Shown piece by piece: positions 62,695-64,000 of a stretch of 64,000 bases of DNA. Numbering within the stretch: position 1 is the first letter of the stretch; each line of letters begins with the position of its first letter. The position numbers and the translations under genes are program-made. The stretch is from Patescibacteria group bacterium. GTDB taxonomy: Bacteria > Patescibacteriota > Patescibacteriia > Patescibacteriales > UBA12465. The notes below the pieces were generated by a model, which was not told where the DNA came from, ran no database searches, and saw only the letters and a list, made by a program, of their open reading frames with translations. The DNA lies in the NCBI GenBank assembly GCA_041671365.1, contig JBAZBP010000001.1:116459-180458 (forward strand). The letters are read 5' to 3'.

Positions 62695-63186
62695 CTATTT
62701 CATATCCGCATATTCTGTAACCGTATCGTCTAATAATACAAATTCGATCTTCGCTTCTTTAAATATTTCTTTGCTCCTCTTGCTATCGTGATAATCTTGA
62801 GCGCAAATCACTTTTTTAATACCGGCATTGATAATCATTTTAGCGCAAGCATAACAGGGGGTCATTTTACAGTATAAAGTCCCGCCGCCCAGAGCGGTAC
62901 CCATACGAGCAGCCTCGCAAATAGCGTTTTGTTCGGCGTGTGTAGTTCTAATGCAATGGCGACTTTGTTGGCCGTTTTCATGAGTGACCGTGTGCATCTC
63001 GTGACCGACTTCGTCGCAATGAGCTAGACCTACAGGCGAACCGGCATAACCAGTGGCAATAATTCGTTTGTCCCGCGTCACAACGCAACCGCCTCGGAAA
63101 CGGTCACAGGTGCCGCGGCTACCGACGATGTCTACAATTTTTATAAAATATTCGTCCCAAGAAGGGCGGCGGTAGACCTCACTCAT
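62695..63186 (-). CDS. dCMP deaminase (ComEB family)
   Basis: Motifs RPSWDEYF, HAEQNA and PCYAC. Confidence 0.92.
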   Translation of the reverse strand: MSEVYRRPSWDEYFIKIVDIVGSRGTCDRFRGGCVVTRDKRIIATGYAGSPVGLAHCDEVGHEMHTVTHENGQQSRHCIRTTHAEQNAICEAARMGTALGGGTLYCKMTPCYACAKMIINAGIKKVICAQDYHDSKRSKEIFKEAKIEFVLLDDTVTEYADMK

Positions 63187-63364
63187 AAAATTAAATTATA
63201 AATTTTAAATTCTTTAAAGCATTTATATTCTAGCTTATTATTTAAATAAAATAAATCTTGACAGATAAGGTTTTATATTACTTTTGGTCTTTTAAAAAGT
63301 TAAAAAAAGAGCTAGAATATAGACACCTGCTTGATGAGTATTAGTAATTTTAAATGTAACTAAA

Positions 63365-63631
63365 ATGTTAAGTCAGTATATAAAAAAATTAGCTAATAAT
63401 AAAGAAATTTATTTAAAAATTAGGACTTCTCCGAGTGCTAGCCGAACTGGTTTTTTGAATATAATGGCCGATGGTACTATTAAAATTGCCGTAGCCGCTG
63501 CCCCCGAAAAAGGTCTGGCTAATCAAGAGTTAATTAAATTTTTAGCCGATGAACTCGGTGTTCGTAAATATCAAGTAAAAATAGTCAGCGGGGTCGGCGA
63601 AAAGAGCAAGCTAATCAAAGTTAGTCGCTAG
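63365..63631 (+). CDS. DUF167/YggU family protein
   Basis: AAPEKGLANQELIKFLA...IVSG...K. Confidence 0.88.
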   Translation: MLSQYIKKLANNKEIYLKIRTSPSASRTGFLNIMADGTIKIAVAAAPEKGLANQELIKFLADELGVRKYQVKIVSGVGEKSKLIKVSR

Positions 63632-63638
63632 CGCACTT

Positions 63639-64000
63639 ATGGATTTATCAATTATTATCGTTTCTTGGAACGTGTTGGAAAAGTTGCGCGCCAATTTAAT
63701 CGCCCTGCTAAAATCGTCGGGTGATTTTAAATTTGAAGTTTATGTTGTAGATAATAATTCCTCTGACGAGAGTGTCGCTATGATCCGAACAGAGTTTCCG
63801 ACAGTACATTTAATCACCAATTCTGATAATTACGGTTTTGCGCGCGCTAATAATCAAGCTATCAGGTTAGCTACTGGTCGTTTTATTTTGTTGCTTAATC
63901 CGGATATGCAAGTTGAACTCGATACTTTGAAAAATGTTTTAGACTGGGCTAAAAAAAATCCTCAGGCGACGGTTACCGGCTGCCGGTTGCAGAGTGATAA
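63639..64000 (+). CDS. GT2 glycosyltransferase (WbbL-like), truncated by the window end
   Basis: MDLSIIIVSWN, VVDNNSSD, NYGFARANN, LLLNPD. Confidence 0.9.
   Translation, partial: MDLSIIIVSWNVLEKLRANLIALLKSSGDFKFEVYVVDNNSSDESVAMIRTEFPTVHLITNSDNYGFARANNQAIRLATGRFILLLNPDMQVELDTLKNVLDWAKKNPQATVTGCRLQSD

Noticed and set aside
60735-63186. AvcID/dCTP-deaminase anti-phage system
   Set aside because: The deaminase is a short ComEB-type protein within a thyA/folA/tmk housekeeping operon; it is not fused, and no antitoxin RNA was evident
63225-63320. Inverted repeat atattctagc...gctagaatat between divergent genes
   Set aside because: It is most simply explained as the -10 elements of two divergent promoters

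Overview
A gene-dense, AT-rich chromosomal segment, most likely from a Patescibacteria/CPR (Parcubacteria-like) bacterium using genetic code 11. The taxonomy is inferred from the gene repertoire and the AT-rich, Shine-Dalgarno-poor start contexts. In order, it carries: ftsA (partial) and ftsZ; an NrdR-boxed nrdR-nrdD-nrdG class III ribonucleotide reductase operon; a VirD4/TraD-like ATPase, an exonuclease, a processive GT2 and ftsB; tRNA-Thr, -Gly and -Gln; an RlpA-DacA fusion and ftsEX; a metal-transport/accessory block (NRAMP, ZnuABC, MgtA plus a two-component system); PBP2; the CIRCE-controlled hrcA-grpE-hsp20-dnaK-dnaJ and groESL operons; a complete F1Fo ATP synthase operon; envelope glycosylation genes; miaB-miaA; an orphan DGR-type reverse transcriptase; gatB; and a thymidylate operon. 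The most notable observations are: (1) NrdD is split, with its glycyl-radical segment on an unannotated 45-aa ORF (4762-4899); (2) an N-terminally truncated DGR-class RT has no visible TR/VR or avd; (3) a candidate -1 frameshift signal lies at the end of the VirD4-like ATPase; (4) there are Tmk-dUTPase, DUF1653-GrpE and RlpA-DacA fusions; (5) two tRNAs have C55 instead of U55; and (6) a carbonic-anhydrase-like gene follows atpC. All calls come from motif recognition by eye; no database searches were run.
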